A stretch of DNA of 39,743 nucleotides from sequence record DRR723986_7207. The stretch is one strand, 5' to 3'. Both the position numbers and the translations under genes were made by a program. Numbering within the stretch: the first letter of the stretch is position 1; each line of letters starts with the position of its first letter. The notes below the pieces were generated by a model. That model had not been told where the DNA came from, did not search any database, and worked only from the letters and a program-made list of their open reading frames with translations. Of the stretch, positions 19,067-27,657 are shown in pieces.

Positions 19067-20341
19067 CTAGTTCATCTTGAATCTGATCGGGATCGATTTC
19101 GGGCCGGAGACGAAGTTCGCCTGAACCCGCGTTGGCTTGCCATTCAGTTCGACTGACTGGAGGCGCGGCAGCAGCTCTTCCCATAGGATGCGCATTTCCA
19201 TCCGGCCAAGGTGCTGGCCGAGGCAGACATGCGCGCCATACCCGAACGCGACATGCTTGTTCGGAGAGCGGTCGATCTTGAAGCTGTAGGGATCGTCGAA
19301 CACGTCTTCGTCGCGGTTGCCGGACGGGTAAGCCAGGAACAGCCAGTCATTTTTCTTGATCTGCTTGCCGGCGACCTCGGTGTCTGCGGTGGCGGTGCGC
19401 ATGAAGTGTTTCACTGGCGTTTCCCAGCGGATGGATTCTTCCACCATGGACGGGATCAGCGAGAGATCGTCCTTCAGTTTACGGAACTGGTCCTGGTTCT
19501 CGGCAAGGGCCCAGAGCGCGCCGCCGGTCGTGTTGGACGTCGTGTCATGTCCGGCCGTGGCGGCGATGATATAATAGGACATGGCTTCGAGGTGGCCGAG
19601 CGGCTTGCCATAGACTTCGCCGTTCGCGATCACGCTGGCGAGGTCTTCGCGCGGGTTCTTGCGGCGGTCTTCGGTCATCTCCACGAAATAGGTGAAGAAG
19701 TCTGCGACGGTGGCCTGGATGTTGGCGAGGCCGGTATCGGAGTCGGTGACTTCTGCGCCGGAGCGGTTCACTTCCGGATCCTGCGCGCCGAACAGTTCCT
19801 GCGTCAGTTTCAGCATGCGCGGCTCGTCGATCTCCGGCACGCCCAGCACTTCCATGATGACGTGCAGCGGATAGAGGAATGCCACGTCGCGGGCGAAGTC
19901 GCATTCGGTGCCCTTATCGGCCATCTTGTCGATGAAGCCGCGGGCGATCTCGCGGATGCGGTCTTCCAGCTTGCGGAGGTTCTGCGGCATGAACCAGGCC
20001 TGAGTCAGGCGCCGGTACTGCATGTGGTCCGGATTATCCATCTGAACCAGCGAGCGGAGCAGGTTCGGTGAACCGCCCATCATCTCGCGGACTTTCTTGT
20101 CCGTCTCGATATTGGTCAGCGTCGCGGAGCGGTCTTCATTGTGAAACAGGTCGTTCTGCTTCTCGATGGTCTGGATGTCGGCATGCTTGCTGACCACCCA
20201 GAACGGATCGAAGCCCTCGATTTCGGCGACATCCAGCGGCGCGTTCTTGCGCAGCCAGGCAAAGGCCTCGTGCGAGCGGTCCCAGTCGGCATAGGCCTTC
20301 GGATCGACAACGGCTTCGGCGATGTGGGCGGGTATGGTCAT
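19067..20341 (-). CDS. Cytochrome P450
   Basis: AGHDTT (I-helix), EESIR (ExxR) and FGYGAHVCLG heme-Cys motif. Start at ATG 20341 after GGAGG. Confidence 0.95.
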   Translation of the reverse strand: MTIPAHIAEAVVDPKAYADWDRSHEAFAWLRKNAPLDVAEIEGFDPFWVVSKHADIQTIEKQNDLFHNEDRSATLTNIETDKKVREMMGGSPNLLRSLVQMDNPDHMQYRRLTQAWFMPQNLRKLEDRIREIARGFIDKMADKGTECDFARDVAFLYPLHVIMEVLGVPEIDEPRMLKLTQELFGAQDPEVNRSGAEVTDSDTGLANIQATVADFFTYFVEMTEDRRKNPREDLASVIANGEVYGKPLGHLEAMSYYIIAATAGHDTTSNTTGGALWALAENQDQFRKLKDDLSLIPSMVEESIRWETPVKHFMRTATADTEVAGKQIKKNDWLFLAYPSGNRDEDVFDDPYSFKIDRSPNKHVAFGYGAHVCLGQHLGRMEMRILWEELLPRLQSVELNGKPTRVQANFVSGPKSIPIRFKMN

Positions 20342-20391
20342 GCTTTCCTCCGGTGGTGGGAGCAGCTTCCGGCTCCCGGTTGGAACAGCAT

Positions 20392-20429
20392 CTAACATAT
20401 ACTTGCTATACAGCCAACAAATATGTTAG
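20392..20429. promoter_or_regulatory. Putative TetR operator region between divergent P450 and tetR
   Basis: Inverted repeat CTAACATAT-N20-ATATGTTAG, containing two related pseudo-palindromes (CTAACATATACTTG and CCAACAAATATGTTAG). Confidence 0.6.
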
Positions 20430-20437
20430 GCGGTACT

Positions 20438-21091
20438 ATGTCTCAAGCGTCCACAGCCTCAACGACCGATCATGCCGCCGTCCAGGGCGGACGTCTCACA
20501 CAGGCTGAACGGCGTGAACGGTCCGAGCAGGAATTGCTGGAAGCGACGATGCGGGTCGTGTCCGCACACGGTGTGGCAGCCGCGACGTTCGATGCGATCG
20601 GCAAGGAGGCGGGCTATTCCCGCGGCCTCGTCACGCAGCGTTTCGGGTCCAAGGACGGGCTGATCCGCAGTCTCATCGCCGCCCTGCATGGCTGGCAGCG
20701 CGAAGCGCTGGAGGCGGCCGACGTCGAACGTATGGATGGCCTCGCCGCCCTGTGTGCCTTTGTCGAGCTGCACTGCCGGTCGCTGGACGGGCGGGAAGAA
20801 GACAAGGCTTATTACATGTTGCTGGCAGCAGCAGTGGCCGACCGGCTGGAAACCCGTGCGGCCTTCGCCGAGTCTCATGAGGTGGAACGCGTGCTGATCC
20901 GCAGCCTCATCGAGCGCGGCCAAGCCGAAGGCAGCATCCGCAAAGACGCCGACGCCGACGCGACCGCTCTGATGGCAGGCTGCGCGCTGATCGGCATTCG
21001 CATGCAGAACATGATCGATCCGGGCACGGACATCGCACCCATCAAGGATGCGCTGGTCCAGTCATTGCGCGCGCGCCTGGCACCGATCTGA
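20438..21091 (+). CDS. TetR/AcrR family transcriptional regulator
   Basis: HTH segment GVAAATFDAIGKEAGYSRGLVTQRFGSKDGL. Confidence 0.9.
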   Translation: MSQASTASTTDHAAVQGGRLTQAERRERSEQELLEATMRVVSAHGVAAATFDAIGKEAGYSRGLVTQRFGSKDGLIRSLIAALHGWQREALEAADVERMDGLAALCAFVELHCRSLDGREEDKAYYMLLAAAVADRLETRAAFAESHEVERVLIRSLIERGQAEGSIRKDADADATALMAGCALIGIRMQNMIDPGTDIAPIKDALVQSLRARLAPI

Positions 21092-21105
21092 GGAGGAGGG
21101 AAAGA

Positions 21106-21285
21106 ATGAGCGAGGCACCTTACAAGGTCTGGCAGTGCCGCACCTGCGGTTACATTTACGAAGAAGAACATGGCGATCCGTCGGAAGGTCTGGCTGCGGG
21201 GACGCGCTGGGCTGACATTGCGGAGGATTGGGTCTGCCCGCTCTGCGGCACGCCGAAGTCCGACTTCGACATGATCGAGCTCTGA
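21106..21285 (+). CDS. Rubredoxin (59 aa, absent from the ORF track)
   Basis: Own translation: MSEAPYKVWQCRTCGYIYEEEHGDPSEGLAAGTRWADIAEDWVCPLCGTPKSDFDMIEL. Two CxxCG motifs; strong GGAGG RBS. Confidence 0.95.
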   Translation: MSEAPYKVWQCRTCGYIYEEEHGDPSEGLAAGTRWADIAEDWVCPLCGTPKSDFDMIEL

Positions 21286-21422
21286 AGAATAGCGCCAAAA
21301 GAGACGAATTATTTTCCACACTGAGTAGGATTACGCAGAAAAATCATCCCCAAAATCAAATGATATGCGAAATAGTTAATTTGTGTTAACTATATCGAAT
21401 AGAAAATAAGGGAGGAAATATA

Positions 21423-21911
21423 ATGCGTTTGATCCAATCACTGAAAATTACCGGCGTGGCGCTCACCGTCGCACTGGCGGGCTGTATCACCAGTGCGACC
21501 GCACAGGAGCCGCCGGCAGAGGCTGCTCCAGCCGATGATGGCTATCCGCTGGTCAGCGGCGACTTCTGGGAAATCACGGGCGTCGACATCAAACCCGGTG
21601 GCGGCCTCTATTATGCCAACCATCTGGCGGACCGCTGGCGTGCTTCGCAGGAATTCGCCAAATCTCAGGGCTGGATCAAAGGCTATATGGTCTTCGGCAA
21701 CTATTATAACCGGGCAGGCGAGCCGGACCTTTATCTCGTCACCATCATGGAGAAGATCCCGAGCGGGCCGGAATCTGAAGCGCAGTATGCGGCGTTCCGG
21801 GAGTGGGCCGAAGCGTCTACGGAACAGCTTGCTTCGGAAAATGCTGACCGGGCGGAATTCCGTGAAATCACCGGAACGACCCTCCTGCAGGAAATGAATT
21901 TCCGCGACTAG
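21423..21911 (+). CDS. Secreted hypothetical protein
   Basis: GGAGG RBS; signal peptide (VALAGC or ATA-Q cleavage); downstream hairpin. Confidence 0.75.
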   Translation: MRLIQSLKITGVALTVALAGCITSATAQEPPAEAAPADDGYPLVSGDFWEITGVDIKPGGGLYYANHLADRWRASQEFAKSQGWIKGYMVFGNYYNRAGEPDLYLVTIMEKIPSGPESEAQYAAFREWAEASTEQLASENADRAEFREITGTTLLQEMNFRD

Positions 21912-21929
21912 GCTTTGGGCCATTGACAG

Positions 21930-21962
21930 AAGCCGCCGGTTTGCGCCGGCGGCTTTCCGTTG
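21930..21962 (+). terminator. Intrinsic terminator
   Basis: AAGCCGCCGG-TTTGCG-CCGGCGGCTT followed by a T-rich tract. Confidence 0.7.
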
Positions 21963-22035
21963 TCTGCCATATTTGTGTTCCAGTGTATGCTTGATCCCCG
22001 GGGCGGGGAGTTCTACGGGTGCGGTTCAATTTGGC

Positions 22036-22710
22036 ATGCAGCAGGGACGGGCGACACAAGTGACCAGGCTTCGCTCGATGGTCTGGACGGCAATCATTGT
22101 CGCCGTCGCGTACCAATTCCTGGTCATCCTGCCGGCGATCGTTGTCCATGGACTGATGCCGGGCATGTCGATCATCACGCTGTCCGGCATTGCCAATGTC
22201 CTGACCGTGATGGCGATCTATGGCTATCTCAAGGTTCAGGGTGTGGCCGACGAAGTGGCCGAGCCCGGCGACATGAACCTGATGATCGTGCTGCTCGCCG
22301 TCGTGGTGGCCATGATCTCTGTCTCCCTTGCCACCTTCATGGCAGACCTGCTGGCCACGATGTTCGGACCGGAGGGGCTGAGCGTCAGTGACAGCTTCAC
22401 GCATCAGCTGCAGACCGGCCGGCGGGCGGAAATTCTGTTTGCCGTGGTTCTGGTCGCCCCCTTTGCGGAAGAGTTCGTCTATCGAGGCCTGGTCATGGGT
22501 GTCCTGCTCGCCCGCGGCTGGTCGCCGTTTTCGGCGGCAGGCCTCTCGGCCGGGATCTTTGCCATCCAGCATATCCAGTACGGCTGGATCGGCATCCTGA
22601 TGGTCATGATGTACGGCATGGTGCTGGGCTTGCTGCGCGTCGCCAGCGGCGGCCTGTTCCTGCCGATCATGGCGCATTTGTTCATCAATCTCATCTCACT
22701 GACGATGTGA
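22036..22710 (+). CDS. CPBP (CAAX/Abi) family intramembrane metalloprotease
   Basis: APFAEEFVYRG, FAIQH and HLFIN motifs; multi-TM. Start uncertain. Confidence 0.85.
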   Translation: MQQGRATQVTRLRSMVWTAIIVAVAYQFLVILPAIVVHGLMPGMSIITLSGIANVLTVMAIYGYLKVQGVADEVAEPGDMNLMIVLLAVVVAMISVSLATFMADLLATMFGPEGLSVSDSFTHQLQTGRRAEILFAVVLVAPFAEEFVYRGLVMGVLLARGWSPFSAAGLSAGIFAIQHIQYGWIGILMVMMYGMVLGLLRVASGGLFLPIMAHLFINLISLTM

Positions 22711-22769
22711 CGCGCCTCTTCGTCGGGGGAGGGCTGGCAAATCCCGGCGGACGGCGCTAAGCGATCGCC

Positions 22770-23243
22770 ATGACTGACGATCTTTCACGTAACCAGACAT
22801 TCGACCTGCCGGAAGGCTACCAGATGCTGCCCTGGCACCGGGGCTTTGGCCGCCAGGTGGGTCCGCTGTTCGAGAAGCGGGACGAGACGGGCCTGACCCG
22901 TGCCTTCCGCGTCGAGGAGCATCACACCAACGGCATGATGAATGCCCATGGCGGCATGCTCATGACCTTCGCCGACATGGCCTGGGGCGCGGCGGTGGAG
23001 AAGGATGAAGACACCTGGTGGGTGACGGTCCGCCTGATGTGCGACTTCCTCTCCGGCGCCAGCATGGGCAGCTTCGTCGAAGGCAAGGGCCATGTGATCG
23101 GGCGGCAGGACAATGTCTTCACGGTCGAGGGGAAGATCTGGGCCGGTGACAAGCTGCTGATGCGGGGCACGGGCATCTTCAAGGTGATCGAGCGCCGGGA
23201 CGGGCAGCAGAAGCCGTTCACCCGGCAGGAACAGAACGCCTGA
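22770..23243 (+). CDS. PaaI family (hotdog fold) thioesterase
   Basis: HTNGMMNAHGGMLMTFAD motif. Confidence 0.85.
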   Translation: MTDDLSRNQTFDLPEGYQMLPWHRGFGRQVGPLFEKRDETGLTRAFRVEEHHTNGMMNAHGGMLMTFADMAWGAAVEKDEDTWWVTVRLMCDFLSGASMGSFVEGKGHVIGRQDNVFTVEGKIWAGDKLLMRGTGIFKVIERRDGQQKPFTRQEQNA

Positions 23244-23290
23244 GCTTTCGGTTGACTTTGCCGGGCCGCCCCCGTATCGGCCTTTTCGTA

Positions 23291-23329
23291 ATGAACACAG
23301 CACTGCACCACCATCACCACCATTCGTGA
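23291..23329 (+). CDS. Histidine leader peptide MNTALHHHHHHS (attenuator)
   Basis: ATG AAC ACA GCA CTG CAC CAC CAT CAC CAC CAT TCG TGA: six consecutive His codons about 170 bp upstream of hisS-hisZ-hisG; TTGACT at 23252-23257. Confidence 0.88.
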   Translation: MNTALHHHHHHS

Positions 23330-23500
23330 CGCGCCGACGAGGCGCGAACCGGTCCGGCTGCGCCTCTGCTAAAGTGTTCCCCCGAAGAACCAGACCAGAC
23401 GAGGCAGGCCACCGCCGGGGCGTGCCTGTTGTTGACGTGTCGCCTTCCAATCCGGACCAGCACCGACTATGCGGTGCGCAAACAGGACCAAGAGCGAAAC

Positions 23501-24982
23501 ATGAGCGACAAAGACAGCCAGCCTCTCTCCGGTAAAGACCTCGCCCGCAAGCCGCGCGGCTTTCCCGACAAGCGCGAGGGCCTGATCCATGCCCAGGCGG
23601 AGCTCGTCGGCAAGGTCACCGCGATTTACCGCCAGTGGGGTTTCGAAGCGCTCGACACCGGCGCCTTCGAATATGCCGATGCGCTGGGCAAGTTCCTGCC
23701 CGACGATGACCGCCCGAATGCCGGCGTCTTCTCGCTTCAGGACGATGACGAGCAATGGATCTCGCTGCGCTACGACCTGACGGCGCCGCTCGCGCGTTTT
23801 GTTGCAGAGGCTGGCCAGTCGCTCGGCAAGCCGTTCCGCCGCTACGCTGCCGGGCCTGTCTGGCGGAATGAGAAGCCGGGGCCGGGGCGCTTCCGCGAAT
23901 TCTGGCAGTGCGATGCGGACTCGGTGGGTGCGCCGGGCTTCCATGCCGATGCCGAGATGATCGCCATGGGCGCCGAAGCCCTCCGCGCCGTGGGCATGGA
24001 GACCGGTGAGTTCGTGCTCCGCGTGAACACGCGCCGCCTGCTGAATGGCGTGCTCGACGGGGTGGGCGCCTCCAGTGCAGAAACCCGCCTCGCCATTCTG
24101 CGCGCGCTCGACAAGCTGGACCGTCTCGGGTCTTCTGGTGTGGCCGACCTGCTGGGCAAGGGCCGCATGGATGAGAGCGGCGACTTCACCAAGGGCGCCG
24201 GGCTGGATGCGGACAAGGTCAAGACCGTCCTCGCTTTTGCGGAAGCTGGCGCGGCAACGCGGGCCGAAACGCTGGCCAATCTTTCCAAAGCCACAGGCAG
24301 TACGGAAGAGGGCAAGGCGGGCCTTGCCGAACTGGAAGCCATCGCGCTCGCGCTCGATGCGCTCGGCGCGCCGGAAGGTGATGTCGTGATCGACCCGTCG
24401 GTCGTGCGCGGCCTCGAATACTATACCGGTCCGGTCTATGAGGCCGAGCTGCTGCGCGAAGTGACCGGCGACGATGGCAAGACCTATCGTATTGGCTCCA
24501 TCGGCGGCGGCGGGCGGTATGACGATCTCGTCGCGCGCTTCACCGGCGAGACAGTGCCGGCGACGGGCTTCTCCATCGGTATCTCGCGCCTCGCGTCCGC
24601 CCTGCAGATCATGGGCGAGACGGACAAGCTGGACGGCCCGGTTGTGGTGTTGAACCTCGACAAGGAAAATCCGTCCACGGCACTCTCGATCGCGACGGAC
24701 CTTCGTCGCGCAGGCATCCGGGCTGAGGCGTACATGGGCGCCTCCGGCATGCGGCCGCAGATGAAATATGCTGACCGCCGCAACGCACCCGCCGTCGTCA
24801 TCGTCGGCGAGGACGAGGTGGCCAAGGGCACGGTGACGATCAAGGATCTTGAAATGGGCGCGCTGAAAGCGAAAGCCATCAAGTCCAATGAGGAATACCG
24901 CGAAGCCCGCCCCGGCCAGATTGAAGTGCCGCGTGCCGAAATGGTTGAAGCCATCCGCCGTATCGTCGAGGCCCAGGCATGA
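23501..24982 (+). CDS. hisS: Histidine--tRNA ligase
   Basis: KPRGFPD, LRYDLTAPLAR, WRNEKPGPGRFREFWQCDAD, VRGLEYYTG and GGGRYD motifs; anticodon-binding domain. Confidence 0.96.
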   Translation: MSDKDSQPLSGKDLARKPRGFPDKREGLIHAQAELVGKVTAIYRQWGFEALDTGAFEYADALGKFLPDDDRPNAGVFSLQDDDEQWISLRYDLTAPLARFVAEAGQSLGKPFRRYAAGPVWRNEKPGPGRFREFWQCDADSVGAPGFHADAEMIAMGAEALRAVGMETGEFVLRVNTRRLLNGVLDGVGASSAETRLAILRALDKLDRLGSSGVADLLGKGRMDESGDFTKGAGLDADKVKTVLAFAEAGAATRAETLANLSKATGSTEEGKAGLAELEAIALALDALGAPEGDVVIDPSVVRGLEYYTGPVYEAELLREVTGDDGKTYRIGSIGGGGRYDDLVARFTGETVPATGFSIGISRLASALQIMGETDKLDGPVVVLNLDKENPSTALSIATDLRRAGIRAEAYMGASGMRPQMKYADRRNAPAVVIVGEDEVAKGTVTIKDLEMGALKAKAIKSNEEYREARPGQIEVPRAEMVEAIRRIVEAQA

Positions 24983-26109
24983 CACATGCAGCTGTGGTGA
25001 AGGCGGCCCGGTCCCGGTTCGAGGCCTCCGGTGCCGAACCGGTAAACCCGGCCTATATCCTGCCGTCCGACATCCCGCTGGAATTGTCGGGCGAGGCGGT
25101 ACGCGCGCGGCTTTGCGTGTTTACGGATCATCGCGGAAACGAAATGGTCATGCGCCCGGACCTGACCCTGCCGGTGGCGGGGCTGGAAGCAGACCGGCTC
25201 GCCGGCGGCACCAATGGCCCGAAGGCCTATTGTTATGCCGCAGAGGCCTTCCGCCTGCCGGCAGCAGATGGCGACCCGATGGAGTTCACGCAGGTCGGCT
25301 TCGAACGCTTTGGGCGGGACTCCGATCCGGTCGAGGATGCCGAGGCCTTTGCGCTGGTACACGAAGCCGTTCGCGCCTGCGATGTGGTGCCTGTGGCAAT
25401 CGCCACCGGAGACCTCGCGATCTTCCCTGCGTTCATCGATGCGCTAGGCCTGCCGCGCGTCACGGCGGACCTGTTGAAGCGCGCGTTCAGGCAGGAGGGC
25501 GGCGTACGCGCCCTCGTCGAGGCATCGCCCGCGCCGATCGAGGCAGACCTTGTGCCGACGCTGGAAGCTGCGACACCAGAGGAAGCCGAAACGGCCTTCC
25601 GGGCTGCACTGGCCGAGCGGGGTATTCCTTTGATCGGAACACGGAGCGTTCCGGAAATTATCGCCGGACTGCGTGCCCGGGCTGCGGCGCTCGCCGCTGG
25701 CGGGGTGCCGGAAAAAGTGCGTGAGGTCATCGGCGCGCTGGTGGCGGTAAACTGCACCGCTGCCGAGGCCGCTGACAAGCTGGACGCAATCGCTGTGAAA
25801 TACAGCCTGCCACGCACCTCCAGTGCGATCGACCGTGTGGCCCGGCGCATGGAACTGATCCGGGAATTGTTGCCGGAGGTGAAGGCGATCTGCCGCTTCC
25901 GGTCCGGCTTCGGGCGGCGGTTCACCTATTATGACGGTTTCCTGTTCGAGACGCTCGGGCCGAACCTCAGCGACCGCCAGCCCATCGCGTCCGGCGGGCG
26001 GTATGACGGCCTCGTCTCCGGCCTCTCGAACGGCAAGGCGAACGCCACCGCCATCGGCGGCGTTGTGCGGCCCGACCGGGTGCTGCGTGCAAAGGGGAGG
26101 GGCGCATGA
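24979..26109 (+). CDS. hisZ: ATP phosphoribosyltransferase regulatory subunit
   Basis: HisRS-like paralog (MRPDLTLP, EFTQVGFE, YYDGF, GGRYDGL) between hisS and hisG, with ATGA overlaps. Confidence 0.9.
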   Translation: MTHAAVVKAARSRFEASGAEPVNPAYILPSDIPLELSGEAVRARLCVFTDHRGNEMVMRPDLTLPVAGLEADRLAGGTNGPKAYCYAAEAFRLPAADGDPMEFTQVGFERFGRDSDPVEDAEAFALVHEAVRACDVVPVAIATGDLAIFPAFIDALGLPRVTADLLKRAFRQEGGVRALVEASPAPIEADLVPTLEAATPEEAETAFRAALAERGIPLIGTRSVPEIIAGLRARAAALAAGGVPEKVREVIGALVAVNCTAAEAADKLDAIAVKYSLPRTSSAIDRVARRMELIRELLPEVKAICRFRSGFGRRFTYYDGFLFETLGPNLSDRQPIASGGRYDGLVSGLSNGKANATAIGGVVRPDRVLRAKGRGA

Positions 26110-26828
26110 CCCGTCTGTCACTGGCCATTCCGTCCAAGGGACGGCTGAAGGAAAAATCCGAAGCGTGGCTGGCCTCCGCAGGCTTCCCCGTCACCCAGAT
26201 TGGCGGCGAGCGCGGCTACCAGGCCCAGATCGAAGGGCTTGGCGATGTGGAGATGCGGCTCCTGTCGGCGCGGGAGATCGCGCAAGGCCTTGTCGATGGC
26301 AGCCTGCATGCGGGTGTAACCGGCGAAGACCTGCTGCATGACCTCGCCCCGACCGGGGAGAGCGATTTCGACGTCGTGAAACGGCTGGGCTTTGGCGGGG
26401 CCGACGTGATCGTCGCTGTGCCGCAGGCCTGGGTCGATGTCGACACGATGTCCGACCTTGAAGCCGCCGGGGCTGCGTTCCGCAAGGCGCACCACCGCCG
26501 CCTGCGGGTCGCGACCAAATATATGCGCCTGACCCGGCGCTTCTTCGCGGCGCGGTCGGTCGGCGAATACCGCCTCGTCGAGAGTGCCGGAGCGACTGAA
26601 GCTGCCCCAACGACAGGTTCGGCCGACGTGATCGTGGATATCACCTCCACCGGGGCGACGCTGAAGGCCAACGGGCTGAAGATTCTGTCAGACGGGCTGA
26701 TCCTGAAAAGCGAGGCGGTCTTTGCCGTGTCACCGGGTGCCGTATGGTCAGCTGAAGCCAAGGCCAGTCTGGAGGTCCTGTTCGCAGGTGCAGCAATTAA
26801 AGGTAAGGAATTACTAGAAAAAATCTAG
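26106..26828 (+). CDS. hisG: ATP phosphoribosyltransferase, short form
   Basis: LAIPSKGRL, GVTGEDL, RVATKY and ESAGATEAAP..ADVIVDITSTGATLKANGL motifs; no C-terminal regulatory domain. Confidence 0.95.
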   Translation: MTRLSLAIPSKGRLKEKSEAWLASAGFPVTQIGGERGYQAQIEGLGDVEMRLLSAREIAQGLVDGSLHAGVTGEDLLHDLAPTGESDFDVVKRLGFGGADVIVAVPQAWVDVDTMSDLEAAGAAFRKAHHRRLRVATKYMRLTRRFFAARSVGEYRLVESAGATEAAPTTGSADVIVDITSTGATLKANGLKILSDGLILKSEAVFAVSPGAVWSAEAKASLEVLFAGAAIKGKELLEKI

Positions 26829-26869
26829 GACACAATCTTGACACATCCGGAAATGCGCGGCCTTATGTC

Positions 26870-26943
26870 CCAGCAAGTTTCTGGGAGGAAACGCTGCAAA
26901 CGGTGGGAGGCGCGGACCAGGGGTCCGCGCCTCTTCCGTTTGG
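26870..26943 (+). ncRNA. Candidate ~75-nt sRNA with a GGGAGG-loop hairpin and terminal hairpin
   Basis: TTGACA at 26838-26843 with CCTTAT 17 bp downstream; hairpin CAGC-AA-GTTTC-TGGGAG-GAAAC-GCTG; then a strong stem at 26897-26942 whose G.U pairs favour the plus strand. Confidence 0.5.
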
Positions 26944-27042
26944 AGGGATAACTCAGGGTAAGTGAAGACCGGGCAGACCGGAGCAACGGCTCAGGTGAGG
27001 TAGGGGGCGTTTGGACATCACATCCGTCCTGCCCGGCTTCAC
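26897..27042 (-). ncRNA. Candidate ~145-nt structured sRNA
   Basis: Minus-strand TTGACG (27075-27070)-N16-TATTGT puts the start at about 27042, exactly the 5' end of a long closing stem (26962-26978 with 27026-27042). CU-rich internal loop; ends in the shared hairpin. Confidence 0.5.
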
Positions 27043-27095
27043 GATTAACAATAAGTGCTTATCGTTTATCGTCAAGTTCTATTATCGTTTTTCGA

Positions 27096-27509
27096 TTAAT
27101 CTTTTGTAATAGTGATCAGCCAGCTGGGGCTTCCGTCTTCCGGAACGACCCTCAGGATTCGCGTGTCGCCGTCGGGCGTGAGGGTTTCGCTGATCTCTGC
27201 ACCAGACACTTCGATCTTCAGGGAATCAGGTGCGTCATCCGGCTGGTCGAGCTCGACATTGAATTCGCTGGCCCGGTCGGACGGGACAAAAAGCTCTGCA
27301 GCTTCTGCCGGTGTGAGGAACCGGACCGTTCCGTCTTCCTCGATCACCATGGATTGACGCTGCGACACTTCCGGCCTGTCAGAACTCTCCGGAACGGCCG
27401 GGGCCTGCACGACATTGAGGGGGGGAGACAGCCGTCCACCAACCGACTGGGCGGCTGCTGGCAGCACAAGCAGGCCGAGCCCCGTGGCCAGGCTGGCGAG
27501 CGTCTTCAT
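27096..27509 (-). CDS. Secreted hypothetical protein
   Basis: Signal peptide MKTLASLATGLGLLVLPAAAQ; no recognisable domain. Confidence 0.65.
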   Translation of the reverse strand: MKTLASLATGLGLLVLPAAAQSVGGRLSPPLNVVQAPAVPESSDRPEVSQRQSMVIEEDGTVRFLTPAEAAELFVPSDRASEFNVELDQPDDAPDSLKIEVSGAEISETLTPDGDTRILRVVPEDGSPSWLITITKD

Positions 27510-27657
27510 CCTCTGACTCCCGTTCATCTCAGCCGTACATAAGCGTGAATCGAACCCACTGTCACATGCACAGGTGCGCTGTGTGTTGACTTCCGGTCAG
27601 CCCCCCGTCATGCGTGGCGCCCTGAGAAAAATCCTCGCGACATCGGAAGGGCAAAAG

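Noticed and set aside
26962-27042. 6S RNA, SRP RNA or tRNA identity for the long hairpin
   Set aside because: Too short for 6S, and lacks the SRP domain IV motif and tRNA T/D-loop signatures.
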